Shown: in pieces, positions 1-9,694 of the stretch
How positions within the stretch are numbered: the first letter of the stretch is position 1
Layout of the letters: each line of letters starts with the position of its first letter
Program-made: the position numbers and the translations under genes
Origin: Candidatus Bathyarchaeia archaeon
GTDB lineage: Archaea > Thermoproteota > Bathyarchaeia > Bathyarchaeales > Bathycorpusculaceae
Assembly: GCA_049512935.1 (NCBI GenBank)
Contig: JBEKWR010000013.1
Location: 1-58,747, forward strand
Length of the DNA stretch: 58,747 nucleotides
Direction: 5' to 3'
The notes under the pieces: model-generated
Told to the model about the DNA's origin: nothing
The model's database searches: none
What the model saw: the letters and a program-made list of their open reading frames with translations, nothing else

Positions 1-599
1 TCTAGAATTTCAATCTTTTTCTTAAACGTGGGACCGTCAGTCACGACCGTGTGGTACTCGCCGCCTTCCCCGCACGCGTCAACGTTGCCGAGCTTAAGGA
101 TGTCATCGTAGAATTTCCTGTCCAAAGTTCTTCCAAGCCACTCCACACCCAGCTTCTCCAGATTCGTGCGGACCACCGTCGCCTTGAAACCCGTTTTCAG
201 GTAGTCAAGGTAAATCTGTTTTGTGTCACCCATCCACAGGGGCTTCACCGGTTTTAACCCGACCTCGCCTAGCACCCGACCCAGCCAGCCCTGCTCGTGT
301 CCCGCTACCTCGTAGATGTCGCCTGTGACTAAGCCTTCAACGCCCTCCGCCTTGAACCGCCGCAGCGCCCCTTTGAAGTCGTCCTCGTAGGTTTTAGGCG
401 TCGCCTGCTGTTTCACCAGAGGAATGCCGATGGCGTCAGACTGCGCGTCCAAGATGCCCGCTGGTATCATGTGGAAGTTTGATTTTTCCTTGCTCATCAT
501 CATGGTTAAGATTTTGACCACTTCGTGCCCCTGCTGGGTTGCCAAGTACTGAGCATAGGCACTGTCTTTGCCGCCGCTCCATGAAGCAACAACTTTCAT
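1..599 (-). CDS. DUF71/COG2102 (Dph6-like) ATP pyrophosphatase, partial (3' end beyond window)
   Basis: Manual translation from ATG at 599: MKVVASWSGGKDSAYA...VTGDI...PLW...DACGEGGEYHTVVTDGP; PP-loop SGGKDS and GEGGEYHT motifs. Absent from the ORF track because there is no stop in the window. Confidence 0.9.
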   Translation of the reverse strand, partial: MKVVASWSGGKDSAYAQYLATQQGHEVVKILTMMMSKEKSNFHMIPAGILDAQSDAIGIPLVKQQATPKTYEDDFKGALRRFKAEGVEGLVTGDIYEVAGHEQGWLGRVLGEVGLKPVKPLWMGDTKQIYLDYLKTGFKATVVRTNLEKLGVEWLGRTLDRKFYDDILKLGNVDACGEGGEYHTVVTDGPTFKKKIEIL

Positions 600-615
600 T
601 TCAATTTATCCTCCA

Positions 616-837
616 TTAAGTGTCTTCACCCTCAACCGTTAATTTCCCGTGTCTAAGGTGAACATGACTTGCAAACTTTTTAGGCTTTTTAAACTCGGAA
701 ACATGTGAACAGTAAAATTCAGTTTTAGCCTTCAAACATCCAGATAATTTGCCTGCCGATAGAAGCTTGAAAGAAACGAGCGCGTTTTTCTCGATGTACG
801 GCAAATTATCACACCAGAGTTTGGTTGGTTTATCCAA
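616..837 (-). CDS. Possible small hypothetical protein
   Basis: 73-aa TTG-start ORF directly upstream of the DUF71 gene on the same strand; no recognisable motif. Confidence 0.25.
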   Translation of the reverse strand: MDKPTKLWCDNLPYIEKNALVSFKLLSAGKLSGCLKAKTEFYCSHVSEFKKPKKFASHVHLRHGKLTVEGEDT

Positions 838-1006
838 CCTTTTTCATATAAGCATTACGGTATTCAGAAGTAAGAACACAAAAAAGAAAACTACGAAGAG
901 GGTCAACCTCGCGTTTGCGTTTGCCCTGCACCCGAGCGGTGCCCACCGTTTACCATAACGCTTATAATACCTGTTGATTGAGTGAAGTTCACTCGGTTGG
1001 GCTGGG

Positions 1007-2164
1007 ATGGTTCAAACAAGGCTATGCATCGTCACGCACACTTTTCTGCCCCATGTCGGCGGCATAGAAAGGGTCGTGTATGAACAAAGCAAGCGGCTGA
1101 TGCAGAGAAACTTCAAGCCCATGGTCATTACGAACCGCATTGGCACGCCGAAAAGCTACGTGGTTGACGGCATACCAGTCCAGTGCTACGAGTCTTTAAA
1201 CACGGGTTTCCGCCTCGGCATACCCTACTCGATTCCCACGCCGACGAGCCTTGAAACGTTTCTTAAGGCGGTGAAGTCAAGCGACTTGGTTCACGCTCAT
1301 GGTCACCCCTACCTAACGTCTCTTGTCGCCGCCAAGCTTGCGAAGAGGTATCACAAGCCGTTCGTTCTCACGCAGCACAACACCTTCATCGAGTACGACA
1401 GCATGTTCGACAAGGTGGAGCGCCTCAACGACTTGGTCGTCGGCAAGGAAACGCTCAAAGACGCAGACAGAATAATCACGGTGAGCAACGCCACCAAACA
1501 GTACGTGCTCAGTTTAGGAGCTAAACCAGAAAAAATCAGAGTCCTACACAACGGCGTTGACCTAGTTCATTTCAAGCCTCTGCCGGGAAAACGGGCGGAG
1601 ATGAGGAAGCGACTTGGGATCCCTCAGAACGCAATCGTAGCCTTAACGGTGAGGAGGCTTGTCTACAAGAACGGCATCGACACGTTGATTGAATGTGCAA
1701 ACCTGTCGGTGAAGAAGAACCCCAACGTTTTTTTCCTCGTCGTGGGTAAGGGACCTGACCAAAACAGTGTACAAGCGAGAATACGCTTGCTAGGGATAGA
1801 AAACAACTTCAAGCTAGCGGGTTTCGTCAGCGAAAAGGACTTGCCCAGCTACTACAACGCCGCAGACTTCTTCGTTTTGCCGTCGAAATCTGGAGAAGGA
1901 TTGCCGCTGGTTGCGCTTGAAGCCATGGCCTGCGGGTTGCCCGTGATAGCCACAAACGTGGGTGGAATTCGCGAGATTTTAATAGAGGACTTCGGAAAAC
2001 TAGTACAGCCAAACGAGCCAGAACTTATGGCTGATGCGGTCTTGGAGTATTCACGCGTCGACCCTTCCCGGGGCAAGTCAGAGCTTCGGGCAGTGGTTGA
2101 GGAAAAGTACAGCTGGGACAAAAACGTTGAAACACTGGTGGGAATATACGAAGAGCTTATTTAA
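1007..2164 (+). CDS. Glycosyltransferase family 4 (GT-B)
   Basis: PHVGGIE N-terminal motif, HNGVD, EGLPLVALEAMACGLPVIATNVGG (E-x7-E). Confidence 0.93.
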   Translation: MVQTRLCIVTHTFLPHVGGIERVVYEQSKRLMQRNFKPMVITNRIGTPKSYVVDGIPVQCYESLNTGFRLGIPYSIPTPTSLETFLKAVKSSDLVHAHGHPYLTSLVAAKLAKRYHKPFVLTQHNTFIEYDSMFDKVERLNDLVVGKETLKDADRIITVSNATKQYVLSLGAKPEKIRVLHNGVDLVHFKPLPGKRAEMRKRLGIPQNAIVALTVRRLVYKNGIDTLIECANLSVKKNPNVFFLVVGKGPDQNSVQARIRLLGIENNFKLAGFVSEKDLPSYYNAADFFVLPSKSGEGLPLVALEAMACGLPVIATNVGGIREILIEDFGKLVQPNEPELMADAVLEYSRVDPSRGKSELRAVVEEKYSWDKNVETLVGIYEELI

Positions 2165-2207
2165 CCACGATGCGGAGAATGTATAGCCTTCACGATGGGA
2201 ATGAGCC

Positions 2208-2945
2208 ATGACGTCAAAAGTTGATCTGATTTCGGTCGTTATTCCAACACTTAACGAAGCAGGAAACATCCTTGAAGCAGTTACCACCATCGAGAAAGAA
2301 CTGACCTACCCGAAGGAGATAATTGTTGTCGACGGAAACTCCACCGATGGGACGATGGAAATTGTTAAAGACACAAGCTTCTGCAAGCTGATTATTGAAC
2401 CCAGACGGGGCTACGGCGTCGCTCTTAGGACAGGCATGAAGTACGCTAAGGGCAACATCATCGTGATGGTTGACGGCGACGGAACATACGAGGTTAGCCA
2501 AATCAACCGTTTGGTTGAAAGGATGATTGAGAAAGACGCCGACATGGTTTTAGCCACGCGCATGTACGACCCGAACAAAGCCATGGGCTTGCTGAATTTC
2601 ATCGGAAACAAAGTCATCACCTACGTCTACGACTTCTTTTACAGTCAATTCCTCAGCGACACGCAATCGGGGTTCCGAGCGATTTCCCACGAAGCCATCG
2701 ACAACGTCCACTTGAAAGAGGGAGACATGGCGTTTGCAACTGAGATGCTGGTTCAATTCGCCAAGGTGGGGTACAACATGGTTGAAGTTCCCACGACTTA
2801 CAAAGCGCGTAAGTACGGCAAGACCAAGCTTAAACCATTTAAGTCAGGTATTGAGATATTTAGCACGATATTCAAGGGATTTCTTGATGCAGATACGGTT
2901 AGAACGTGTCAAAAACATTGGAAAGAAAATCGGTTTAAACGATGA
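2208..2945 (+). CDS. Glycosyltransferase family 2, polyprenol-phosphate sugar synthase (DPM1-like)
   Basis: SVVIPTLNE, VVDGNSTDGT, RGYG, MVDGDGTY, DTQSGFRA. Confidence 0.9.
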   Translation: MTSKVDLISVVIPTLNEAGNILEAVTTIEKELTYPKEIIVVDGNSTDGTMEIVKDTSFCKLIIEPRRGYGVALRTGMKYAKGNIIVMVDGDGTYEVSQINRLVERMIEKDADMVLATRMYDPNKAMGLLNFIGNKVITYVYDFFYSQFLSDTQSGFRAISHEAIDNVHLKEGDMAFATEMLVQFAKVGYNMVEVPTTYKARKYGKTKLKPFKSGIEIFSTIFKGFLDADTVRTCQKHWKENRFKR

Positions 2946-3414
2946 CAAAGGCTACGTTGTCGCGACCCTTCTTGCCTTAATCATCGTTGCCTCCATGCTG
3001 GGCGTGTACTACGCGTTTTTTAGGGGAGCGCCCTCTGGGTACAGCACGATTTACATTCTTGACGCGAAGGGCAAGGCGGTTGATTACCCGCAAGTTTTGG
3101 TTGCCAATCAGAACAGCACGTTTACTGTGCCGTTTACGGTTGTCAACAGCATGGGATGGACAACGCAGTATGAGGTCTTAGTGAAAGTTACAGGCGAGCC
3201 TCCCACGTTCCCAGTAAACACTTCGCCCGTCGCAAACTACACGATGACCCTTAAGAATGGGCAGACCTGGCAGAAAACCGCCACCATAACGGAGAATCAG
3301 CCGGGCAGTTACTGGGTGGTTTTTGAGCTTTGGTACTACAACCCGAGCGTGATGGCTTACCAGTTTAATCCTGCCGCTAACTACTGCGTCCTGCCAATCC
3401 AAGTTGTAAGCTAA
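2887..3414 (+). CDS. DUF1616-like protein, C-terminal half (one TM plus soluble domain)
   Basis: TM followed by YSTIYILDAKGKAVDYP...VVN, resembling the DUF1616 C-terminal part; in-frame ATG at 2887 preferred over the track start at 2734. Confidence 0.65.
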   Translation: MQIRLERVKNIGKKIGLNDDKGYVVATLLALIIVASMLGVYYAFFRGAPSGYSTIYILDAKGKAVDYPQVLVANQNSTFTVPFTVVNSMGWTTQYEVLVKVTGEPPTFPVNTSPVANYTMTLKNGQTWQKTATITENQPGSYWVVFELWYYNPSVMAYQFNPAANYCVLPIQVVS

Positions 3415-4877
3415 GCCTTCTTGTGCCTTTCAGCGTACTCTTTTTCGATGGCTACCCTGTGAATGTTGTTGTAGGCGCAGAAAGGTATGATTTTCTTGTC
3501 AGGCGTGATGTAGTGCACGACGCAGCGTCGGACGCGGTTCACGTCGAAGTTGTAGGAATCCATGAACGCCATGCAGCCGAGCAGAAAGATTCTTCGGCGG
3601 ATTTTTCCCAGCGACTGATAAGACGGCGAAAGGTGCATCCGCATGATTGAGTTTGTCAGCGTTAACATGCCGACTTTCCTCGTGACTAGAAGCATGTTCA
3701 TTGAAAGCATCGACGCCATGAACAGAGATGAGAGCAGGGAAAGCTTTCCTTTTGATTCAGCGTTTTCAGCTGTTTTTCGGATTTGGTTGAAGAATCTTTC
3801 GAAGTTGACGAAGCGGTTGATGGGGTACATTTTGCCGTCTTTCGCAACGTAGATCCAGTTCACTATGCCGCACTGTGGGCTACAAGAGAACAGTGGCCAA
3901 GGCTTCTGCATAAACTTCCGCATTATCTTGATTGGTGAAGTCATAACCGACATGGGGAACAGGTCGGTGGTTTTTATTTCGCCGTAAGTTTGTTTTTCCA
4001 CGTCTTCTGCAAAGGACCATTCTCGGAAGTTTTCTCGGAACGGGTTTTCAGTGGCTCTGCCTGTGAAGGCGATGGGTTGGAATATTAAGCCGCGGACGAT
4101 GTCGGTGTTTTTGGCTGCGAACCGTATCATGTCGCCGACTTCTTTGTCGTTTAAGCTTTTCATTAAGGTGTTGACGAGGATGATTTCCATGTCGTATTTC
4201 CGGCAGACATCGATTGCCTTGAGTTTCATGTCTACGAGCGCTTGTCCCCGGATCTTCTTGTTGAAGTCTTCGTGGAAACTGTCAAAGGATAAGTAAACGA
4301 TGTTTAAGCCGTTGTCCTTGAGCTTCTTCGCCAGCCCAGGAGTGTCGACCAAATGTGTGCCGTTGGTCGCCAGGATAGTCATGAACTTTAGCCTGTGTGC
4401 AGCCCCGATTATTTCAGGCATGTCTTCCCGTTCCAGGGGTTCGCCGCCTGAAAAGAGGATGGCGGGGGGTTTGGGGTTGGCTTTGCTTACGAACTCCAGC
4501 ATGTCTATTAGTGCTTCTTTGGTTGGTTCGTAATCTACTTCTTGCTGTGGGAAGGTTGAGAAGCAAACTGCACATTTAAAGTTGCAGCGTTTCGTAACGT
4601 CAATAACGCCGATGACCGTGCCCGAAGCATGGTTGGTGCAGGTTTCGCAGACGTAGGGGCAGCCCTGCGGGTCTTTGGGAGCGTTCAAGTCGCCCAGGTA
4701 CTGGAATTGGTCGTAACTTTGCATGTGCTCAAAGACGGGTAGGCTTTGCCAGTGTGTGGCTTCGAAATCGCCGTGTTCTGGGCACTGCTTCGTGATTTTT
4801 ATTTTGCCGTTAGCTTCGGTTAGCTGAGCGTCTATTTTCTTCTGGCATTCTGGGCAGATGCTTTTTGTGTCGCTCAC
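3411..4877 (-). CDS. tes: Tetraether lipid synthase (Tes/GDGT-MAS, MJ0619 family) radical SAM enzyme
   Basis: N-terminal CPEC...CPEHG metal site, GCPYVCETCTNH auxiliary-cluster motif, CNFKCAVC rSAM motif, VRGLIFQPIAFTGR, and C-terminal GCMAFMDSYNFDVNRVRRCVVHYITPDKKIIPFCAYN, all characteristic of Tes. Confidence 0.85.
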   Translation of the reverse strand: MSDTKSICPECQKKIDAQLTEANGKIKITKQCPEHGDFEATHWQSLPVFEHMQSYDQFQYLGDLNAPKDPQGCPYVCETCTNHASGTVIGVIDVTKRCNFKCAVCFSTFPQQEVDYEPTKEALIDMLEFVSKANPKPPAILFSGGEPLEREDMPEIIGAAHRLKFMTILATNGTHLVDTPGLAKKLKDNGLNIVYLSFDSFHEDFNKKIRGQALVDMKLKAIDVCRKYDMEIILVNTLMKSLNDKEVGDMIRFAAKNTDIVRGLIFQPIAFTGRATENPFRENFREWSFAEDVEKQTYGEIKTTDLFPMSVMTSPIKIMRKFMQKPWPLFSCSPQCGIVNWIYVAKDGKMYPINRFVNFERFFNQIRKTAENAESKGKLSLLSSLFMASMLSMNMLLVTRKVGMLTLTNSIMRMHLSPSYQSLGKIRRRIFLLGCMAFMDSYNFDVNRVRRCVVHYITPDKKIIPFCAYNNIHRVAIEKEYAERHKKA

Positions 4878-5765
4878 TTATAGCCCTCCGATAATGTGGG
4901 ATAAGGCTTCAAGAATTAACGCTAACGGAAGCAGAATCATCGACATAGTCACAACCCGTTCATACTTCCGCACGTTCATAACATTCGAAGATCCCGTTAC
5001 AAGGCGAACTGAAGAGTAAATTAAAAGCACGCTCCAAACAAGAATAGGCACCAGATAGTAGACATTGAAGTTACCGATTAAGAAGGGAAGAGGCGCAAAC
5101 AAGCCAGTCAACAGGAAAAACCCAGCCGCCACCTTCGCCGAGTTGCCTATGCCGATTTTCTGCGGAAGCGTCGGGTACCCCGTTTTCGAGTCGCCGTCAA
5201 GGCTTAAGACATCGCGTAGCACGTTGCCGCCTATCGTGCCCAGCGCTATCGGGTAGAGGCTCAGAGAAACTATGCTTATGGTCGGCGGGCTGGTGATTGT
5301 TGCTTCCCCGTACAGGAAGGCAGTGCCTGTTAGAATCCCAACCAGAATGTTGGCTGCAAACCCTGACTTACGCTTCACAACCGTCGAGTAAACCAGCAGC
5401 AAAACGGAGTCAGCGGCGATAATCGCGAAGCTCAGCCAGTTGATGAAGAAAGCCATGACTAAGCCTGCCGCGAAAAGCACGGTTGAAACCGCCACGACCT
5501 GCCGCAATGTCAGCGAGCCTGAGGGTATGGGGCGCTTCGGCTTGATTACTGCGTCGCTTTCCCTGTCGAAGTAGTCGTTTATGGCGAATCCTGCGGATGT
5601 GATGAACGCCATGGAGAAGAAAATCAGCAGAACCGTCTCCCCGCTTAGGCTTAACGGGTTCTTTGTGATGGCGAAAGCTGTAAGAAGCGATAAGCCGCCA
5701 GTCATCAGCCAGTAGGGAAGCCGCAGAAGAGCGATGAGTCCTCTGGCTGGGGCTGGAGCAGCCAT
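4878..5765 (-). CDS. UbiA-family prenyltransferase, digeranylgeranylglyceryl-phosphate synthase-like
   Basis: INDYFDRESDAVIKPKRPIPSG and RDVLSLDGD...TLP aspartate-rich motifs; multi-TM; abuts tes. Confidence 0.85.
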   Translation of the reverse strand: MAAPAPARGLIALLRLPYWLMTGGLSLLTAFAITKNPLSLSGETVLLIFFSMAFITSAGFAINDYFDRESDAVIKPKRPIPSGSLTLRQVVAVSTVLFAAGLVMAFFINWLSFAIIAADSVLLLVYSTVVKRKSGFAANILVGILTGTAFLYGEATITSPPTISIVSLSLYPIALGTIGGNVLRDVLSLDGDSKTGYPTLPQKIGIGNSAKVAAGFFLLTGLFAPLPFLIGNFNVYYLVPILVWSVLLIYSSVRLVTGSSNVMNVRKYERVVTMSMILLPLALILEALSHIIGGL

Positions 5766-6703
5766 TAAAGTTTCCTGTCAGCGATGACTTCTTTTATGCT
5801 TTCTTCAAGGGTTATTTTCGGATTCCAATTTAGCGCTTTTTTGGTTTTGGAGATGTCGAACCAGATCGTGTAGATGTCTCCCTGCCATGAAACGCCCGTG
5901 GTGGTTATGACGGTTTTGTTTTGTAAGTTGAGGATTTGAAGCATCAGTTTGGCGAGGTCGATTATTCTTGTGGTTTTTCCGATGCCGATGTTGTATACTT
6001 CGCCGTTGGTAGACTCGTCCGAACCCACGATCACGAGCGCGTCAACGACGTCTGCAACGTTAACGAGGTCGCGTGACTGCAAGCCTGTGCCGATTATCTC
6101 CAGTTTAGTTGGGTCTTTGGCGATTTTGTCTAAGAAGTCGTGGATGACGCCGTGGCATCTTAACCCGTAAACGTTGGCGAACCTCACGATGGTGACGTCT
6201 AAGCCGTACTGGTCCCTATACATGCCGCAGTACTCTTCCCCGACCACCTTGGACATGCCATAACATGAAACTGGGTGGAAACCGTACTCCTCCTTGGTTG
6301 GCAGCTGCGTCGGGTTTCCGTAGACTGCGGCGCTGGAGGCGAAAACAAGCTTCGCGTCGTCCTTTCGGGCTTTCTCGAGGACGTGCAGGGTTCCTTTGGC
6401 GTTGGTTTCGAAATCGATAAGCGGGTTCTCCATCGAGTAGGGGACGACGACTTGGGCGGCTAAGTGGTAGATTAAGTCGGCTTTCTCCACTGAATACAGC
6501 TTTTTCAGGTCCAGAATGTCGCCTTTCACAAGTTTAACTTTGCCAACGTCCCTGACGTTTTCCATTTTGCCGCTTGACAGGTCATCGTAAATCGTCAGGT
6601 TAGATGTTAAGCCTGAAAGACGCTTGCACAGGTGATAGCCGATGAAGCCTGCTCCGCCCGTGACAAGTATTTTTTTCCCCGTTAGTTCCCCCATGCCTAC
6701 CAC
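5765..6703 (-). CDS. NAD-dependent NDP-sugar epimerase/dehydratase
   Basis: TGGAGFIG, HLAA, SSAAVYG, YGMSK (YxxxK), NVYG. Confidence 0.92.
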   Translation of the reverse strand: MVGMGELTGKKILVTGGAGFIGYHLCKRLSGLTSNLTIYDDLSSGKMENVRDVGKVKLVKGDILDLKKLYSVEKADLIYHLAAQVVVPYSMENPLIDFETNAKGTLHVLEKARKDDAKLVFASSAAVYGNPTQLPTKEEYGFHPVSCYGMSKVVGEEYCGMYRDQYGLDVTIVRFANVYGLRCHGVIHDFLDKIAKDPTKLEIIGTGLQSRDLVNVADVVDALVIVGSDESTNGEVYNIGIGKTTRIIDLAKLMLQILNLQNKTVITTTGVSWQGDIYTIWFDISKTKKALNWNPKITLEESIKEVIADRKL

Positions 6704-6741
6704 GACAAAGCCTATATTCCCTTTCAGTAGTTGTAGGGTAT

Positions 6742-7572
6742 ATGTCCCCTGAGAAAGCTATAAAAACTTTTAGGGATTTGCTGTCCTTCCTAACAATAAT
6801 CCCCGCGGGCGGAAAAGAAGACTTCATATTCACAACGGCAGAGCACGTTTACCTTTTCCCCATCATCGGCGCATTAATCGGCGTTCTCGCAGGAGCCTAC
6901 TATCTCGGCGCAAACATCATCCTCCATTTCCTGCTCGGGGTAGTCAACTCGTTCATTTCCTTGCCAGTGGGCTTGTTGTCGAGGCTTGCGGTTTCCGCGA
7001 TGACCGTGGCTTTTCTGCTTGTCATAACTGGGCTGCAGCATTTCGACGGCTTAATCGACCTGGGCAACGCCTTAGGAAAGCGAAACCTGCATGACCGCAA
7101 AATGGTCGCGCACGCTTGGACCGTGACCCACTGGGGAGCCTTGCTAGCGCTGGTTGTGGAGTTCGCCGCGTTTGCAGGGTTGTTCCTGATTAACCCGCTT
7201 TACGCTTTCGGAGCCCTCGTCGCCGCGGAACTCTCAGCCAAACTATCCATGGTCACCATTATCTGGGTCGGCAAGCCCACGCATAAGGGGTTAGGATCGA
7301 TTTTCCTGCAGAAAGGAAAAACTAAACTTAACTTAATTGCCTACGCACTCTCCATTCTGATTGTCTATCCCTTCTTCATTTTGATAGGCAAACCCTACTT
7401 GGGCTTAGCAGCAATCGGGCTCGTTTTAGTCAGCATCCCTGTGGCGTTTGCGATGTCGAAGGTTTCGGAAAACGTTTTCGGCGGGGTTTCAGGCGACGCG
7501 ATTGGCGCGACAAACGAGGTTGCAAGGGCAGTTACGCTTATCTTGTTTGCAGGCGTGTTGATGCTAATATGA
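6742..7572 (+). CDS. cobS: Adenosylcobinamide-GDP ribazoletransferase (cobalamin synthase)
   Basis: SFLTIIP, TGLQHFDGLID, FGGVSGDAIGATNE; multi-TM. Confidence 0.9.
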   Translation: MSPEKAIKTFRDLLSFLTIIPAGGKEDFIFTTAEHVYLFPIIGALIGVLAGAYYLGANIILHFLLGVVNSFISLPVGLLSRLAVSAMTVAFLLVITGLQHFDGLIDLGNALGKRNLHDRKMVAHAWTVTHWGALLALVVEFAAFAGLFLINPLYAFGALVAAELSAKLSMVTIIWVGKPTHKGLGSIFLQKGKTKLNLIAYALSILIVYPFFILIGKPYLGLAAIGLVLVSIPVAFAMSKVSENVFGGVSGDAIGATNEVARAVTLILFAGVLMLI

Positions 7573-8186
7573 AAGTTCCCGCGTTGATCATGGCTGGCGG
7601 CAAAGGCAAACGCATCGGGTTGCCAGTTGAGAAGCCGCTTCTGCCGTTTCTGGGTAAACCGCTGGTTGACTGGGTTGCAGAGGCAGTTGAATGTGCAGAA
7701 AAGGTTTCGGAGTTTTACGTGGTGACGAGCCCGAACACGCCTGAGACTGAGAAGCACTGCCAAAGCATGGGCTGGAAGGTTCTGCGGACCGGCGCCAAAG
7801 GCTACCATAATGATCTAAAGCAGGCAACGCGGCAGGCTAACCTGATGGGTTCCGTCCTCACAATCCCCGCCGATTCCCCCGCCGTCACAGGCAAGTTCCT
7901 CGACAAAATCGTCAGCCAGTTTGAGGCGTGCGGGACTGATTTCTACGCGGTTTTCGTCCCAATCCAAGCCCGAGAAGAGTTGGGGCTCTCCGTTGACTCA
8001 ACCGACGAGTACAGGGGCGAATGGTACGCCGTGTCGGGGGTGAACATCATTAACGGCGCCAAAAGCCAAACGGAAGGAAAAATCGAGACAAACGCCTTAA
8101 TCACGCAGGAACTCGAGGTGCTACTCAACATTAACACGCTCAAAGATCTGGAAATAGCAGAAAAAATAATGAGAAACAAACCTTAG
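7569..8186 (+). CDS. cobY: Adenosylcobinamide-phosphate guanylyltransferase
   Basis: IMAGGKGKR...EKPLL, TSPNTPET, KGYHNDL, GVNII, NINTLKDL; overlaps the cobS stop. Confidence 0.88.
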   Translation: MKVPALIMAGGKGKRIGLPVEKPLLPFLGKPLVDWVAEAVECAEKVSEFYVVTSPNTPETEKHCQSMGWKVLRTGAKGYHNDLKQATRQANLMGSVLTIPADSPAVTGKFLDKIVSQFEACGTDFYAVFVPIQAREELGLSVDSTDEYRGEWYAVSGVNIINGAKSQTEGKIETNALITQELEVLLNINTLKDLEIAEKIMRNKP

Positions 8187-8260
8187 CGTTTTAGGGAAAT
8201 ATTTAACATCCCCGCATAACCTACTCTAAACCTGTTGCTGTTTCGGGAGGTCTACCTCGG

Positions 8261-9694
8261 ATGAGCCTGCTTAGCCATGATAGCTTCTGGAATGCGGTGA
8301 TAACGCTGCCCATGACTAAGCGGATGCTGCGGTTGTCGCTACAGAGATGCCCGGTGTGCGGCAGAACGGTTCTTGAAGCAGCCTTAGACGATTACGCTGG
8401 CAAAACCGACCTTAAATGCGAAAAATGCAGCGTACTGTACAGCCAGATTATTGGGTTTTGGGTTGAGTTCCTGCGGCGAAGCTTGAACTTTAAGCGGGAA
8501 AAAGTTGAAAAACTCCTCAGCGACCCCTACGCAAGGCGTGCAGTGATGAATTTAGCAAAAAGCTTCACTTACATGGGCATAAAAAAACCCATGTCACTTT
8601 ACGCGCCTTTCCTGATTGTTTGGGATTTCACTCACAAATGCAACCTGAGCTGCAAGCACTGCTACTCGAACAGCGGCGCCGTCAACGAGGAAGAGCTCAC
8701 GACGGAGCAGGCTAAGGCGGTGGTTGACCAGCTCGCAGACGCGGGGGTAACGGCACTGGCTTTTTCAGGCGGCGAACCCCTGACGCGAAAGGACTTCTTT
8801 GAGGTTGCTAGGCATGCGGCTGACCGCGGGCTCTACGTTTCCGTAGCGACAAATGGCACCCTGCTCACCAAGGAAACCGTGCAGAGGCTTAAGCAAGCCA
8901 AAGTCAACTATTTGGACATAAGCATTGACGGGGCGTCGGCGAGGACGCATGACGAGTTCCGAGGCGTGCCAGGCGCGTTTGACAGGGCAGTTGCAGGGCT
9001 GAAAAACTGTGTGGAAGCCGACCTTTGCGTGTGCATCGCGTCGACGGCGACGAAAAACAATTTTGAAGAGTTCCCCGCCATAATCGATTTAGCCGAGGAA
9101 GTGGGCGCTGAACGGTTCACCTACTTCAATTTCATACCTACGGGCAGGGGCAAAGCGCACTACGACGAGGACCTGTCGCCTGAAGAACGGGAAAAACTCA
9201 TGCGGTACCTTCTGGCAAGAATGTCGAAGGGCTGCAAAACAACCATCCTCACAACGGCGCCGCAGCTAGCCCGCGTCGGCTTGCAATGCCAAGGACCAGG
9301 GGGCACGGGCGAAGTGACCATGTCGATGGCGCACATGCAAACCGTCAAAGTCACCAAGAAAGCCGTGCCGCTGGCAGACTTCATCGGCGGCTGCGGAGCA
9401 GGCAGACTCTACTGTTCCCTATCGCCTCAGGGCGACGTGCACCCATGCGTCTTCCTGCCCGTGAACGTGGGCAACCTCAAAACCGAAAAGTTCCAAGACA
9501 TCTGGCTCAACGCGCCCCTCTTCAAATCATTGCGGAACCGAGGCAACCTCAAAGGCGCCTGCGGAAAATGCAGCTACAAGTACGTCTGCGGCGGATGCAG
9601 GGCGCGGTCAGCAGCCTACCACGGCGGCGACATGCTCAACTCTGACCCAGGCTGCATAATGGGAAAACAAACGGAGGGCGCCAAAAACGCCTGA
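8261..9694 (+). CDS. Radical SAM/SPASM protein with N-terminal CxxC...CxxC extension (candidate Gms-like lipid cross-linker)
   Basis: CNLSCKHC, SGGEP, GCGAGRLY...PC...CGKCSYKYVCGGCRAR...DPGC SPASM motif; N-terminal CPVC and CEKC. Confidence 0.85.
   Translation: MSLLSHDSFWNAVITLPMTKRMLRLSLQRCPVCGRTVLEAALDDYAGKTDLKCEKCSVLYSQIIGFWVEFLRRSLNFKREKVEKLLSDPYARRAVMNLAKSFTYMGIKKPMSLYAPFLIVWDFTHKCNLSCKHCYSNSGAVNEEELTTEQAKAVVDQLADAGVTALAFSGGEPLTRKDFFEVARHAADRGLYVSVATNGTLLTKETVQRLKQAKVNYLDISIDGASARTHDEFRGVPGAFDRAVAGLKNCVEADLCVCIASTATKNNFEEFPAIIDLAEEVGAERFTYFNFIPTGRGKAHYDEDLSPEEREKLMRYLLARMSKGCKTTILTTAPQLARVGLQCQGPGGTGEVTMSMAHMQTVKVTKKAVPLADFIGGCGAGRLYCSLSPQGDVHPCVFLPVNVGNLKTEKFQDIWLNAPLFKSLRNRGNLKGACGKCSYKYVCGGCRARSAAYHGGDMLNSDPGCIMGKQTEGAKNA

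Noticed and set aside
616-837. RiPP precursor peptide for the many radical SAM enzymes
   Set aside because: No leader/core pattern, no RRE/PqqD, peptidase or exporter nearby, and the coding status is doubtful.
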